The notes: generated from the letters alone by a model not told the origin. A DNA stretch of 38,458 bases from an uncultured Desulfobacteraceae bacterium (GCA_964436665.1 CAYTDY010000003.1:1-38458); one strand, 5' to 3'; shown: positions 27,531 to 35,454, counted from the stretch's first letter. Translations and numbers: made by a program.

Positions 27531-28424
27531 TTATCGAAATTTTGAGGCTAAAGTTTTTTGACCTTCTTTGATCTTGTGCTTCTTGAAGCCAATGTCATCT
27601 AAACTCCATCCCATAGCAAGAGCCAGGAGTTCCAGAAAGTGAAATACAGGAAGCTGAACGTCGGTAATGCGCTTCCGAAAGGCCATCACCTGCCCAATCT
27701 CGAATTGTTGAAAGCAAAATGCACATGCTACAGACAATGCCTCAGCACCATATCGCTTCATATCTTCAACTTTTTTCTTCACCACAGTCAGAGAATCATC
27801 TAATGCTCCGGCTAAAGTCAGTGGAGCTCCACAACATATAGACTTTTCCCGGTAATCAACAACGCAGGCCCCCATTGCATCGAGAATCTTATCCGCCTTA
27901 ACAGGGCTAAAAGGATTGTCAAACTGCAAGATGGCTTTGGGGCTGCTTTCGTGGCATCCACTATGACAAGCAATTTTCAATTCGGCGAGCGGCCGCCTAA
28001 CTTCATCGCTGAGCCTCTTTAGGCCCACATCCTCATAGATCACCCTCAAAAAGTGCTTTACTGTAACCGGCCCATTGATATTATGGCCAACCTCTTCAAG
28101 CACCTGGTTTACTTTTCGGGCTAACATAGGCCGTTCCTGTAATTCCTGATTTGCCGTGGAAAGGGTAAATGTACAAGTGGGGCACAAAGTCAAGATAGGT
28201 AAACCAAGCCTCTGAGCGATAGATAAATTCCTGGCAGCGAGAGCTAACCACGTAAAGCGGTCCGCGGCCCCGAAACGCACAGGGTCTGGGCAGCAAGTAA
28301 AGCCTTCTGCATCTACTAACTCGATTCCTAATTGTGCTAGCGTCTTGCGAGCCAAGTATTCAAATTGGGGAAAACGGGTGGGAATCAAACATCCTAAAAA
28401 AAGCACGTATCTGATTGGTATCAT
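27531..28424 (-). CDS. hdrB: Heterodisulfide reductase subunit B-like protein (two CCG domains)
   Basis: The ATG at 28424 is preceded by AGGAGAGG, whereas the track ORF starts 20 codons earlier. FLGC...TCCPDP...CPTC and CHSGCH...ICCGAP...CAFC form two CCG domains, colinear with methanogen HdrB (TW.A.AARN, V.V.HF, DVGL, PV.H...LL.LAMG). Confidence 0.82.
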   Translation of the reverse strand: MIPIRYVLFLGCLIPTRFPQFEYLARKTLAQLGIELVDAEGFTCCPDPVRFGAADRFTWLALAARNLSIAQRLGLPILTLCPTCTFTLSTANQELQERPMLARKVNQVLEEVGHNINGPVTVKHFLRVIYEDVGLKRLSDEVRRPLAELKIACHSGCHESSPKAILQFDNPFSPVKADKILDAMGACVVDYREKSICCGAPLTLAGALDDSLTVVKKKVEDMKRYGAEALSVACAFCFQQFEIGQVMAFRKRITDVQLPVFHFLELLALAMGWSLDDIGFKKHKIKEGQKTLASKFR

Positions 28425-28509
28425 CTCTACCTCTCCTGAGTAACTTAATATGTAAAAGAGCATGAAGATATCTTTTTTTACCATGCCCTCACAATGACAA
28501 GTCGGTAGG

Positions 28510-28585
28510 CCGCTTCAAACCAGCGCACACGGACAAAGGCCCTAGAAGACAATGACGAGTTGCTTGTGCGCAGGGTTTGAAGCGG
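28510..28585. repeat. Long hairpin in the hdrC-hdrB spacer
   Basis: CCGCTTCAAACC (28510-28521) pairs perfectly with GGTTTGAAGCGG (28574-28585). GCGCAC/GTGCGC extends the stem to about 18 bp, with a 37-nt loop. Confidence 0.6.
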
Positions 28586-28737
28586 CACGCTGAGGCCCCC
28601 TATTAGAGGGCATGATGTGAAAAAAGACACCTCCATGCTCAATTTAACGTTTCTTTCATGAATAACCCGGAAGCGAAGCGCCGAGGTCATTTTCTGAGTA
28701 ATTATTTAGTTTTGTTCATGGCACTACTGGTGCTCTC

Positions 28738-29244
28738 TTATAGATACCGAATAACTGTAGAACTGGATCGGAGATTTTCTAACTTCTCTAGTAGTCCCGT
28801 GCGTTTTGCAATGCGCTGGATGTCCTCAACAGCCTCAAACTTGAATGCTGATAACCCTAGATTTTCACGTTCTTTGATAGCCTTTTGTGTTACTGGAAAA
28901 GACATCCCAGTTGAAAGCACCATCTCCACGAGTTTGTAAACAAAACTAGGCGCGTATCCTTCTTCTAATGAACGTTCTTGGAAGCTAGCAACCACACGGG
29001 CGAGATCTACATCTTGCGGGCATGATTCAGAGCATTTGTGGCATGCAGAGCAACACCATAGAGATAACTGTGCTTGAGGTTTATCTGATCGCAAAAGCTC
29101 ATAAAAAAAGGTTCGAGAATTGTCATATGCTTTTAAATGTTGAACCACGCAATGTAAGCTGCAAACACTGCATTCAAAGCAAAGATGTTGCAAAGTCAAA
29201 AATCCGTAATTCCGGTCCCGACCTATGTAATCAATCTGGATCAT
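28738..29244 (-). CDS. hdrC: Heterodisulfide reductase subunit C-like ferredoxin (2x[4Fe-4S])
   Basis: 168 aa. It has CFECSVCSLHC(V) and CCSACHKCSESCP motifs at HdrC-like spacing, and the C-terminal half is colinear with methanogen HdrC (TG...P......E.R...GL). Confidence 0.72.
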   Translation of the reverse strand: MIQIDYIGRDRNYGFLTLQHLCFECSVCSLHCVVQHLKAYDNSRTFFYELLRSDKPQAQLSLWCCSACHKCSESCPQDVDLARVVASFQERSLEEGYAPSFVYKLVEMVLSTGMSFPVTQKAIKERENLGLSAFKFEAVEDIQRIAKRTGLLEKLENLRSSSTVIRYL

Positions 29245-29290
29245 AGAAATAATTTTTTAGGGCATTAACCCAAAGCTTAGGATATATTTC

Positions 29291-29423
29291 GAGACCTTTG
29301 AAAAATTATCTTACAAGTCATTGCGAGGAACGAAGCGACGTGGCAATCTTTTATATTTTCAATGAGTTAGAGATTGCTTCACATTCATTCGCAATGACAG
29401 AGCGGCCATTTTTCAACGGTCTC
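29291..29423 (+). mobile_element. 133-bp MITE, family C, copy 2
   Basis: 129 of 133 positions are identical to 19282-19414. The terminal inverted repeats are GAGACCTTTGAAAAAT / ATTTTTCAACGGTCTC, flanked by a direct 5-bp duplication ATTTC | ATTTC. Confidence 0.85.
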
Positions 29424-29583
29424 ATTTCATATTCCTATCTTCTTAAGGAGATATTTATGTTGATTATCGTTCATATTATCAACTTTTCCATCAAGCAAAG
29501 TATCTTTTTTGTAACTTCACTCCGCATAGAGCATGGCGCATAGCAAATAACTCTCCGCGCTTTGCCCTTTGTGCTTTGCGCTT

Positions 29584-31041
29584 TCAGCCTGCAAGACATG
29601 GTTTCCGAGCCGCTGTTGTCTCATCCAGCCTTTTTACCTTGCAGATTTTTGGTGCTTCATGCAGCAGGTCCGGCTCTTCCATTGCCTCTTTTACAATGGC
29701 TTTGAATGCTTCAATGTATTGATCGAGGTCATCTTTTGACTCTGTCTCAGTTGGTTCGAACATGATCGCACCCTGTACTACCAACGGAAAATAAACGGTG
29801 GGCGGATGAAATCCGTAATCCATAAGTCGTTTTACCATTTCCAGGGTTGTAACCTTATAGGCCATTTGATATTTATCGGAAAAAACGCATTCATGCATAC
29901 ACGGTCTGTCATAGGCAAGATGTAATGTATCCTTTAACATTTCCTTGACATAATTTGCATTCAAGACAGCAAGCTGGCTGGCCTTTTTCAGATTTTTTGG
30001 CCCCATGCTACGAAGATAACTGTAAGCCTTTATCATGACCCCAAAATTTCCATGAAATGCTGAAATCTTGCCTATGGATTCAGGATAATTTTCAGCAAGA
30101 ATAAATCTGCCATTCTCCTGGATCACGCGCGGAACAGGCAGAAATGGCTCAAGATGCCTTTTGACACATACAGGACCTGAACCGGGACCTCCTCCCCCGT
30201 GGGGAGTCGAAAAGGTCTTATGGAGGTTAAGATGCATGATGTCAACCCCGATTTTGCCCATTTGTACAATACCCATAGCTGCATTCATGTTTGCACCGTC
30301 ACAATACACCAGCCCTCCTTTGGAGTGGACGATTTCGGCTATTTTTTGGATGTTTTCTTCAAAAAGACCAAGTGTGTTGGGGTTGGTTACCATAATTCCG
30401 GCTGTATCATCGTCCATGACATCAGCAATGGCCTCCGCAGAAAGTATCCCCTGTTCGTTGGATCTTACAGACACCGGACTGTAACCGCAGAGGGCCGCAC
30501 TGGCAGGGTTTGTCCCGTGAGCAGTATCCGGAATAATTATTTTTGAACGCCGCACCCCTTTGCTTTTATTAAAGGCATAAATAAGAAGCATTCCGGTAAG
30601 CTCTCCATGGGCCCCTGCTGCAGGCTGAAGGGTGGTTGCGTCCATACCCGTGATTTCAGCAAGATATTGCTCAAATTCAAACATAATCTTGAGAGCTCCC
30701 TGAGATAGATTGGCCGGAAGCAGGGGATGGGCCCAGCTAAATCCCGGAAGGCCTGCCTGCTTTTCATTTGTCTTCGGACTGTACTTCATGGTGCATGAAC
30801 CTAACGGGTACATACCAGAATCCACTCCGAAATTCCACTGGGACAGCCTGGTGTAATGACGTACCACATCAACCTCACTCAGATCCGGAAAGTCAGGGCC
30901 TTCGAATGTAAGGTCCTCATCCAAGGGGCAGGATTCAACGTCACGCCGGGGAATGGAAAATCCGCATCTTCCCTTTTTCCCCTTTTCCCAAAGTAGCGGT
31001 TCATTTAATATAAGGCCTGTAGTACCTAAAGATTCTTTCAT
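29584..31041 (-). CDS. gcvPB: Glycine dehydrogenase (aminomethyl-transferring) subunit 2
   Basis: 485 aa. HLNLHKTFSTPHGGGGPG carries the PLP-lysine motif. Confidence 0.95.
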   Translation of the reverse strand: MKESLGTTGLILNEPLLWEKGKKGRCGFSIPRRDVESCPLDEDLTFEGPDFPDLSEVDVVRHYTRLSQWNFGVDSGMYPLGSCTMKYSPKTNEKQAGLPGFSWAHPLLPANLSQGALKIMFEFEQYLAEITGMDATTLQPAAGAHGELTGMLLIYAFNKSKGVRRSKIIIPDTAHGTNPASAALCGYSPVSVRSNEQGILSAEAIADVMDDDTAGIMVTNPNTLGLFEENIQKIAEIVHSKGGLVYCDGANMNAAMGIVQMGKIGVDIMHLNLHKTFSTPHGGGGPGSGPVCVKRHLEPFLPVPRVIQENGRFILAENYPESIGKISAFHGNFGVMIKAYSYLRSMGPKNLKKASQLAVLNANYVKEMLKDTLHLAYDRPCMHECVFSDKYQMAYKVTTLEMVKRLMDYGFHPPTVYFPLVVQGAIMFEPTETESKDDLDQYIEAFKAIVKEAMEEPDLLHEAPKICKVKRLDETTAARKPCLAG

Positions 31042-31088
31042 GATTTAACCTCTCTATTAATTTGGTAATTTGGGAATTCCCCAATCCC

Positions 31089-32420
31089 TCAATTCCTCAA
31101 TTTGCTTACTAATTCATCCATTTCCTCCATGGACTTGGTTTCCGTTACACACAAAAGATAATGGTTGGCAAGTTCAGGATAATAGGGAGCCAGAGAAAGG
31201 CCTGCTATTATCTTTGTCTCCAGAAGGCGCTTGTAGTTGACCTCAAAGTCTGGAGGGAATTCCACCACGAATTCATTGAATGTGGGCCTGTCAAAGCTTA
31301 TTTTAAATCCCGCCTTTTTTAGTTCTTTTTTAAGATACTCGGCCTTATCATGGTTAAGACGGGCAAGTTCCCGTATCCCGGTACCTCCTACAGAGGCCAT
31401 ATACATTGCAGCCGCCAGAGCACAGAGGCTATTGTTGGTGCAAATGTTTGAAGTCGCCTTTTCCCTGCGAATATGCTGCTCCCTGGTAGCAAGCGTAAGA
31501 ACAAAGCCTCTTTTTCCATCCAGATCTTTTGTTTGGCCAATCAAGCGACCAGGTAAGTTGCGCATATATTCCTTTCTGCTTGCGAGGATCCCAAGTGCCG
31601 GTCCACCAAAGGTCTGGGGAATACCCAGACTCTGACCTTCTCCGCACACAATGTCAGCGCCTTGACTCCCGGGATTTTTAAGGAGCCCGTAAGCAAGTGC
31701 TTCTGTAAAGGAAGAGATGAAAAGGGCCTTTTTAGCATGAGCCTTTTCCCCAATGGCCTGTAGTTCTTCAATGCATCCTAAAAAATTTGGCGACTGAACC
31801 GCAACTGCTGCAAGGTCATCCATTTCATCAAGCCCTGTAAAATCGGTCATACCATTTTTAAGATAGTTAAGTTCCAAAACTTCATAACCGGTGGGATTAA
31901 AATAGGTTTGAACCACTCGACGATATAGAGGATGAATCAGACTTGAAATGGCGACTTTTCGCCTCTTTGTTACACGAACGGCCATAAGCAGTGATTCGGC
32001 CAGGGCTGTGGCACCATCATAATGCGATGCGGTTGCTATTTCCATACCCAGTAGCCTGGCAACAAGCGTCTGATACTCATAAATCGCCTGGAGTGTTCCC
32101 TGGCTCATTTCCGGCTGGTAGGGAGTATACGATGTTACAAACTCGGAGCGACCTAAAAGGTACGATACCGACGCAGGAATAAAATGTTCATAACTACCTG
32201 CTCCCATGAACACTTTATAATCCGGGGAGACGGCCATGCTACTGGAAATAGAGGCCATATGGTCATTCAATTCCCACTCGCTCAATGCCTCAGGCAGATT
32301 GAGATTGTCCCTTAAACGGCAATTCTCAGGGACGGTTGAGAAAAGACCGTCAAGGTCATCAACCCCCACAACCTTAAGCATTGAAGCAATTTCTTCACTG
32401 GTATGAGGCAAGTAAAGCAT
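31089..32420 (-). CDS. gcvPA: Glycine dehydrogenase (aminomethyl-transferring) subunit 1
   Basis: 443 aa with TSYTPYQPEMSQGTLQAIYEYQT. The start abuts the gcvH stop as TAAATG. Confidence 0.95.
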   Translation of the reverse strand: MLYLPHTSEEIASMLKVVGVDDLDGLFSTVPENCRLRDNLNLPEALSEWELNDHMASISSSMAVSPDYKVFMGAGSYEHFIPASVSYLLGRSEFVTSYTPYQPEMSQGTLQAIYEYQTLVARLLGMEIATASHYDGATALAESLLMAVRVTKRRKVAISSLIHPLYRRVVQTYFNPTGYEVLELNYLKNGMTDFTGLDEMDDLAAVAVQSPNFLGCIEELQAIGEKAHAKKALFISSFTEALAYGLLKNPGSQGADIVCGEGQSLGIPQTFGGPALGILASRKEYMRNLPGRLIGQTKDLDGKRGFVLTLATREQHIRREKATSNICTNNSLCALAAAMYMASVGGTGIRELARLNHDKAEYLKKELKKAGFKISFDRPTFNEFVVEFPPDFEVNYKRLLETKIIAGLSLAPYYPELANHYLLCVTETKSMEEMDELVSKLRN

Positions 32421-32825
32421 TTAATCTGCTCCTTTCAGTTTTTCAAGACACTCGGCATTGGTCATCAGGTCGTCCATCTCAGATGGATCGCTGGGATTGA
32501 CATCAACAAACCATCCATCGTTGTATGGATTTTTGTTCACAAGTTCAGGCGATTCTTCAAGGGCGGTGTTTACAGCAATAATTTCTCCGCCGACCGGCAA
32601 GTAACATTCCACAACCGCTTTTACTGATTCCACAGTTGCGAATTCTTTCCCCTTTTCAAAGGTATCACCTATCTGGGGCAGCTCCACGAAAACAATGTCT
32701 CCAAGCTGATCCTGGGCATAGTCATCAAGGCCGACCCTGATCCTATCGCCCTCAAGCCTGGCCCATTCATGATCTTCTGCATAGCGAATATCACCGGGTA
32801 AATTTAATTCATTGATTTCTTTCAT
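32421..32825 (-). CDS. gcvH: Glycine cleavage system H protein (lipoyl carrier)
   Basis: 134 aa. Has the lipoyl-lysine motif VESVKAV and an ATGA overlap with gcvT. Confidence 0.95.
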   Translation of the reverse strand: MKEINELNLPGDIRYAEDHEWARLEGDRIRVGLDDYAQDQLGDIVFVELPQIGDTFEKGKEFATVESVKAVVECYLPVGGEIIAVNTALEESPELVNKNPYNDGWFVDVNPSDPSEMDDLMTNAECLEKLKGAD

Positions 32826-34117
32826 AATCTCTTCTCCTTTTGCTCTATTATCTCCTCAATGGGACATAGTGCTGTACGATCAGGACGAATGTCACTCACA
32901 ATCATGACCTTTATTTTTCGCCTTTCATCTTTGAGTTCCACTACTTGCCCGGGATCCAGCTTGGACTTCACCTTTACAAAGCCGCAGCTCAATCCATGGG
33001 GTTTGAAATTTTCCGGTTTATCGGGGCTTGAAATGCTGTAAATCCGGTCTCCATGACGCCCAATTCCTATATCACAAACACAGGTAAGAACCAAACCTAT
33101 TTTATTGCCCTCAGAATCCAATACAATAGTCTGATCACAGACGGAAACCTTACGGAGGTCATAGCCTGTGAAGGCATAGGTGTATTCTGGTTTGTCTATA
33201 TCCTTAAGGGCTTCGTTTCCTATAAACTTTTTGGTAAAGTCTGTTCCGTCAGGATTGAAAGGCAGGGCAAAAGGCCACGGGTGATTGATGAATGGCCATG
33301 GACCGATATCCTGATGGGACAGGGGAAGGACCGCACTGGCCCTGAGAGAATCCCTGACCGCTAAGCCGCAGGGCAAAAGACCAAAATCTTGCCCTGCGTC
33401 AAAAATCATTTCCCAGACCTTGACGAGATGAAACTGGTCTACGAAAATTTCAAAGCCAAATTCCCCGGTATAGCCCGTTCGTGAAAGCAGAAGCGGCGTA
33501 CCGTCAATCAATCGTACCTTATCGGCAAGTGGAGATGCTTCATCAAAATGGCCCTTGAACGTAAAGTATAGCATGTCTTTAAAAACTTCTTCGTGATCTA
33601 CCAGAATTTTCATAAGGATCCTGGCGGCCATTGGACCCTGGATGTCCATTTTACCTATTTTATCCGTAAGGTCGTTAATTTCAACATTTCGCCTATCCCT
33701 GTAAGCCATCAGATGCCGTGCTACTTCACCGCCTAAGCCGGCGTTTACGACAGTCATGTAAGTGTTATGCTCCAACTGGTACAAGATTGCGTCATCAATG
33801 ACTTTGCCTGATTCATTAAGAAAGGCACCATAAACACATCTGCCAGGTACCAAAGGTGATTTGTCTTTCCCCACGCAGGCATACAGGTCTTTGGTAAGGC
33901 AGAGCTGGAGCAGTTCAAAAGCGTCAGGGCCTATAACCATGACCAGAGCCATATGGCTTGTATCGAAAATGCCAGCCTTTGTAAGAACCGCCAGATGTTC
34001 CTTTTTTGCACCTGCAGGATACCAGAGCGGCATTTCGTATTCTCCGAAACTGACCATATTGGCCCCATGGGCCACATGCCAATCATATAAAGGAGTCTTC
34101 TTCGTTTCCTTTTGCAT
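32822..34117 (-). CDS. gcvT: Glycine cleavage system T protein (aminomethyltransferase), long form
   Basis: 431 aa with TPLYDWHVAHGANMVSFGEYEMPLWYP and GIFDTSHM. The C-terminus is about 60 aa longer than in typical GcvT. Confidence 0.9.
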   Translation of the reverse strand: MQKETKKTPLYDWHVAHGANMVSFGEYEMPLWYPAGAKKEHLAVLTKAGIFDTSHMALVMVIGPDAFELLQLCLTKDLYACVGKDKSPLVPGRCVYGAFLNESGKVIDDAILYQLEHNTYMTVVNAGLGGEVARHLMAYRDRRNVEINDLTDKIGKMDIQGPMAARILMKILVDHEEVFKDMLYFTFKGHFDEASPLADKVRLIDGTPLLLSRTGYTGEFGFEIFVDQFHLVKVWEMIFDAGQDFGLLPCGLAVRDSLRASAVLPLSHQDIGPWPFINHPWPFALPFNPDGTDFTKKFIGNEALKDIDKPEYTYAFTGYDLRKVSVCDQTIVLDSEGNKIGLVLTCVCDIGIGRHGDRIYSISSPDKPENFKPHGLSCGFVKVKSKLDPGQVVELKDERRKIKVMIVSDIRPDRTALCPIEEIIEQKEKRL

Positions 34118-34248
34118 GGTTTATTCCTTCAATTAATGCCACTTCTCTGCAATTGCGAATTTCAGAATTCAGGAATTGCGAATGGAAATAAAGGATTTTA
34201 TCTTTTTTTAATCAATAATATTCCTAAATCCCGCGATTCCTCAATTCC

Positions 34249-34692
34249 TTAAAGTATATAAGGGACCTTCAAGTTGTAGCCCTTGTAAATCACGAAGCTC
34301 TCCACGGACCGAATGTCCTTTAACCGATACACCTCCTCTGTGTAAAATTCCAACAAGTTAAACCCTTCCTTTAAAAGGACCACCAGCATTAGATCATATC
34401 GGCCTGTTACAACGCTTGCAGACACCACCCCCTTTAACTTGCTGAATTCCTCAGCTTTTTTGACCAGATTCAAGGTATTTAATTTAACGCCGACCATGAC
34501 CACCCTGTGCCCAGAAATGGCTTCCGGGTCCACGAGTCCAGAGATCTCCAGAATTCCTTTGTTTAATAATTTGTTGACCCGCGCTCTCACCGTGTTTTCG
34601 GAAATACCCAGTTCATCGGCAATCATTTTGAAGGATTTTCTTCCATCTCTAAGGTGCCTAATAATTGTGATGGTGGTTTCGTCTATGTTCAT
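34249..34692 (-). CDS. Lrp/AsnC family transcriptional regulator
   Basis: MNIDETTITIIRHLRDGRKSFKMIADELGISENTVRARVNKLLNKGIL is the HTH, followed by a RAM-type C-domain. I chose the start at 34692 from typical family length. An alternative ATG is at 34725. Confidence 0.85.
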   Translation of the reverse strand: MNIDETTITIIRHLRDGRKSFKMIADELGISENTVRARVNKLLNKGILEISGLVDPEAISGHRVVMVGVKLNTLNLVKKAEEFSKLKGVVSASVVTGRYDLMLVVLLKEGFNLLEFYTEEVYRLKDIRSVESFVIYKGYNLKVPYIL

Positions 34693-34858
34693 ATTAAATA
34701 TACCCCCGCTTAATATTGGCGACATCAATAATCGAATCAGTCAGGATATCAAGATGCCTCAACTTTTGGACGATACCTAAATATTATTAAATTATATTTT
34801 TTAATTATGCTTTTCATTCCTCAACTTTTTTCCAACGATAGTAGACAATAAGATAATA

Positions 34859-34887
34859 TTGATGCTTCTGTCAAGATAATTTATAAT
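34859..34887 (+). promoter_or_regulatory. Near-consensus sigma70-type promoter facing the gcvT-SHMT fusion gene
   Basis: TTGATG (34859-34864), a 17-nt spacer, then TATAAT (34882-34887), in an AT-rich spacer. Confidence 0.35.
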
Positions 34888-35373
34888 TTTTTGTGATATC
34901 TTCAAAATAATCGATATATTTCATGAATTAATCAATTTTAGCGGTAAGACAAAAAGGAAATGATACATGAAACAGGAAAATGAATAATGGAGTTTTAAGG
35001 GTTATGGAGAACGGCGTGTTTCTCACCTGTCAGCATAGCTGGCCATTTTACACAGGCCACACCACCAACCTCCCCAGCGATCTGTTAGCGTTAATCATGC
35101 ACTCGATAACAGTGGCCATGATCTTATGGCTAAATGCTTCCCCATAATGAAAAGATTGTCACACTGTCAAGGCCGGTGACCCCTCCCGTGGTATTGCTGG
35201 CTAGCCACTTCGATACAGTCCATTACTGGGCTGCACTGGCTGCATACGGGCTTTGTCCCTCGACCAACAATTTCTGTACGGGCACGGCCCCGCAAAGGTA
35301 GGATTAGAGAATCTCTTTCTTGAGTTGACGAAATGCCTTAAGGCTGATATTATCGATGTCGTTTATAATCAAA

Positions 35374-35432
35374 CCTCCTGTTAAATTAACTTTAGCTTAT
35401 TCGCTTGGTTATTAACAGGAGGGCTCTTTTTT
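35374..35432 (+). terminator. Intrinsic terminator / candidate attenuator ending 22 nt upstream of the fusion-gene ATG
   Basis: CCTCCTGTTAA (35374-35384) pairs with TTAACAGGAGG (35412-35422). TAAC/GTTA extends the stem across a bulge, and CTCTTTTTT (to 35432) follows. AAGGAG lies at 35442-35447 and the ATG at 35455. Confidence 0.55.
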
Positions 35433-35454
35433 GGAGAAGGAAAGGAGATGATTG

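Noticed and set aside
34118-34248. Possible glycine riboswitch upstream of the gcvT-H-P operon
   Set aside because: The 131-nt spacer contains only AATTGCGAAT / ATTCCTCAATTCC stutter words. Nothing resembles the GGAGAG...ACCGAAGGGGCAA aptamer cores. Regulation is more likely through the adjacent Lrp/AsnC protein.
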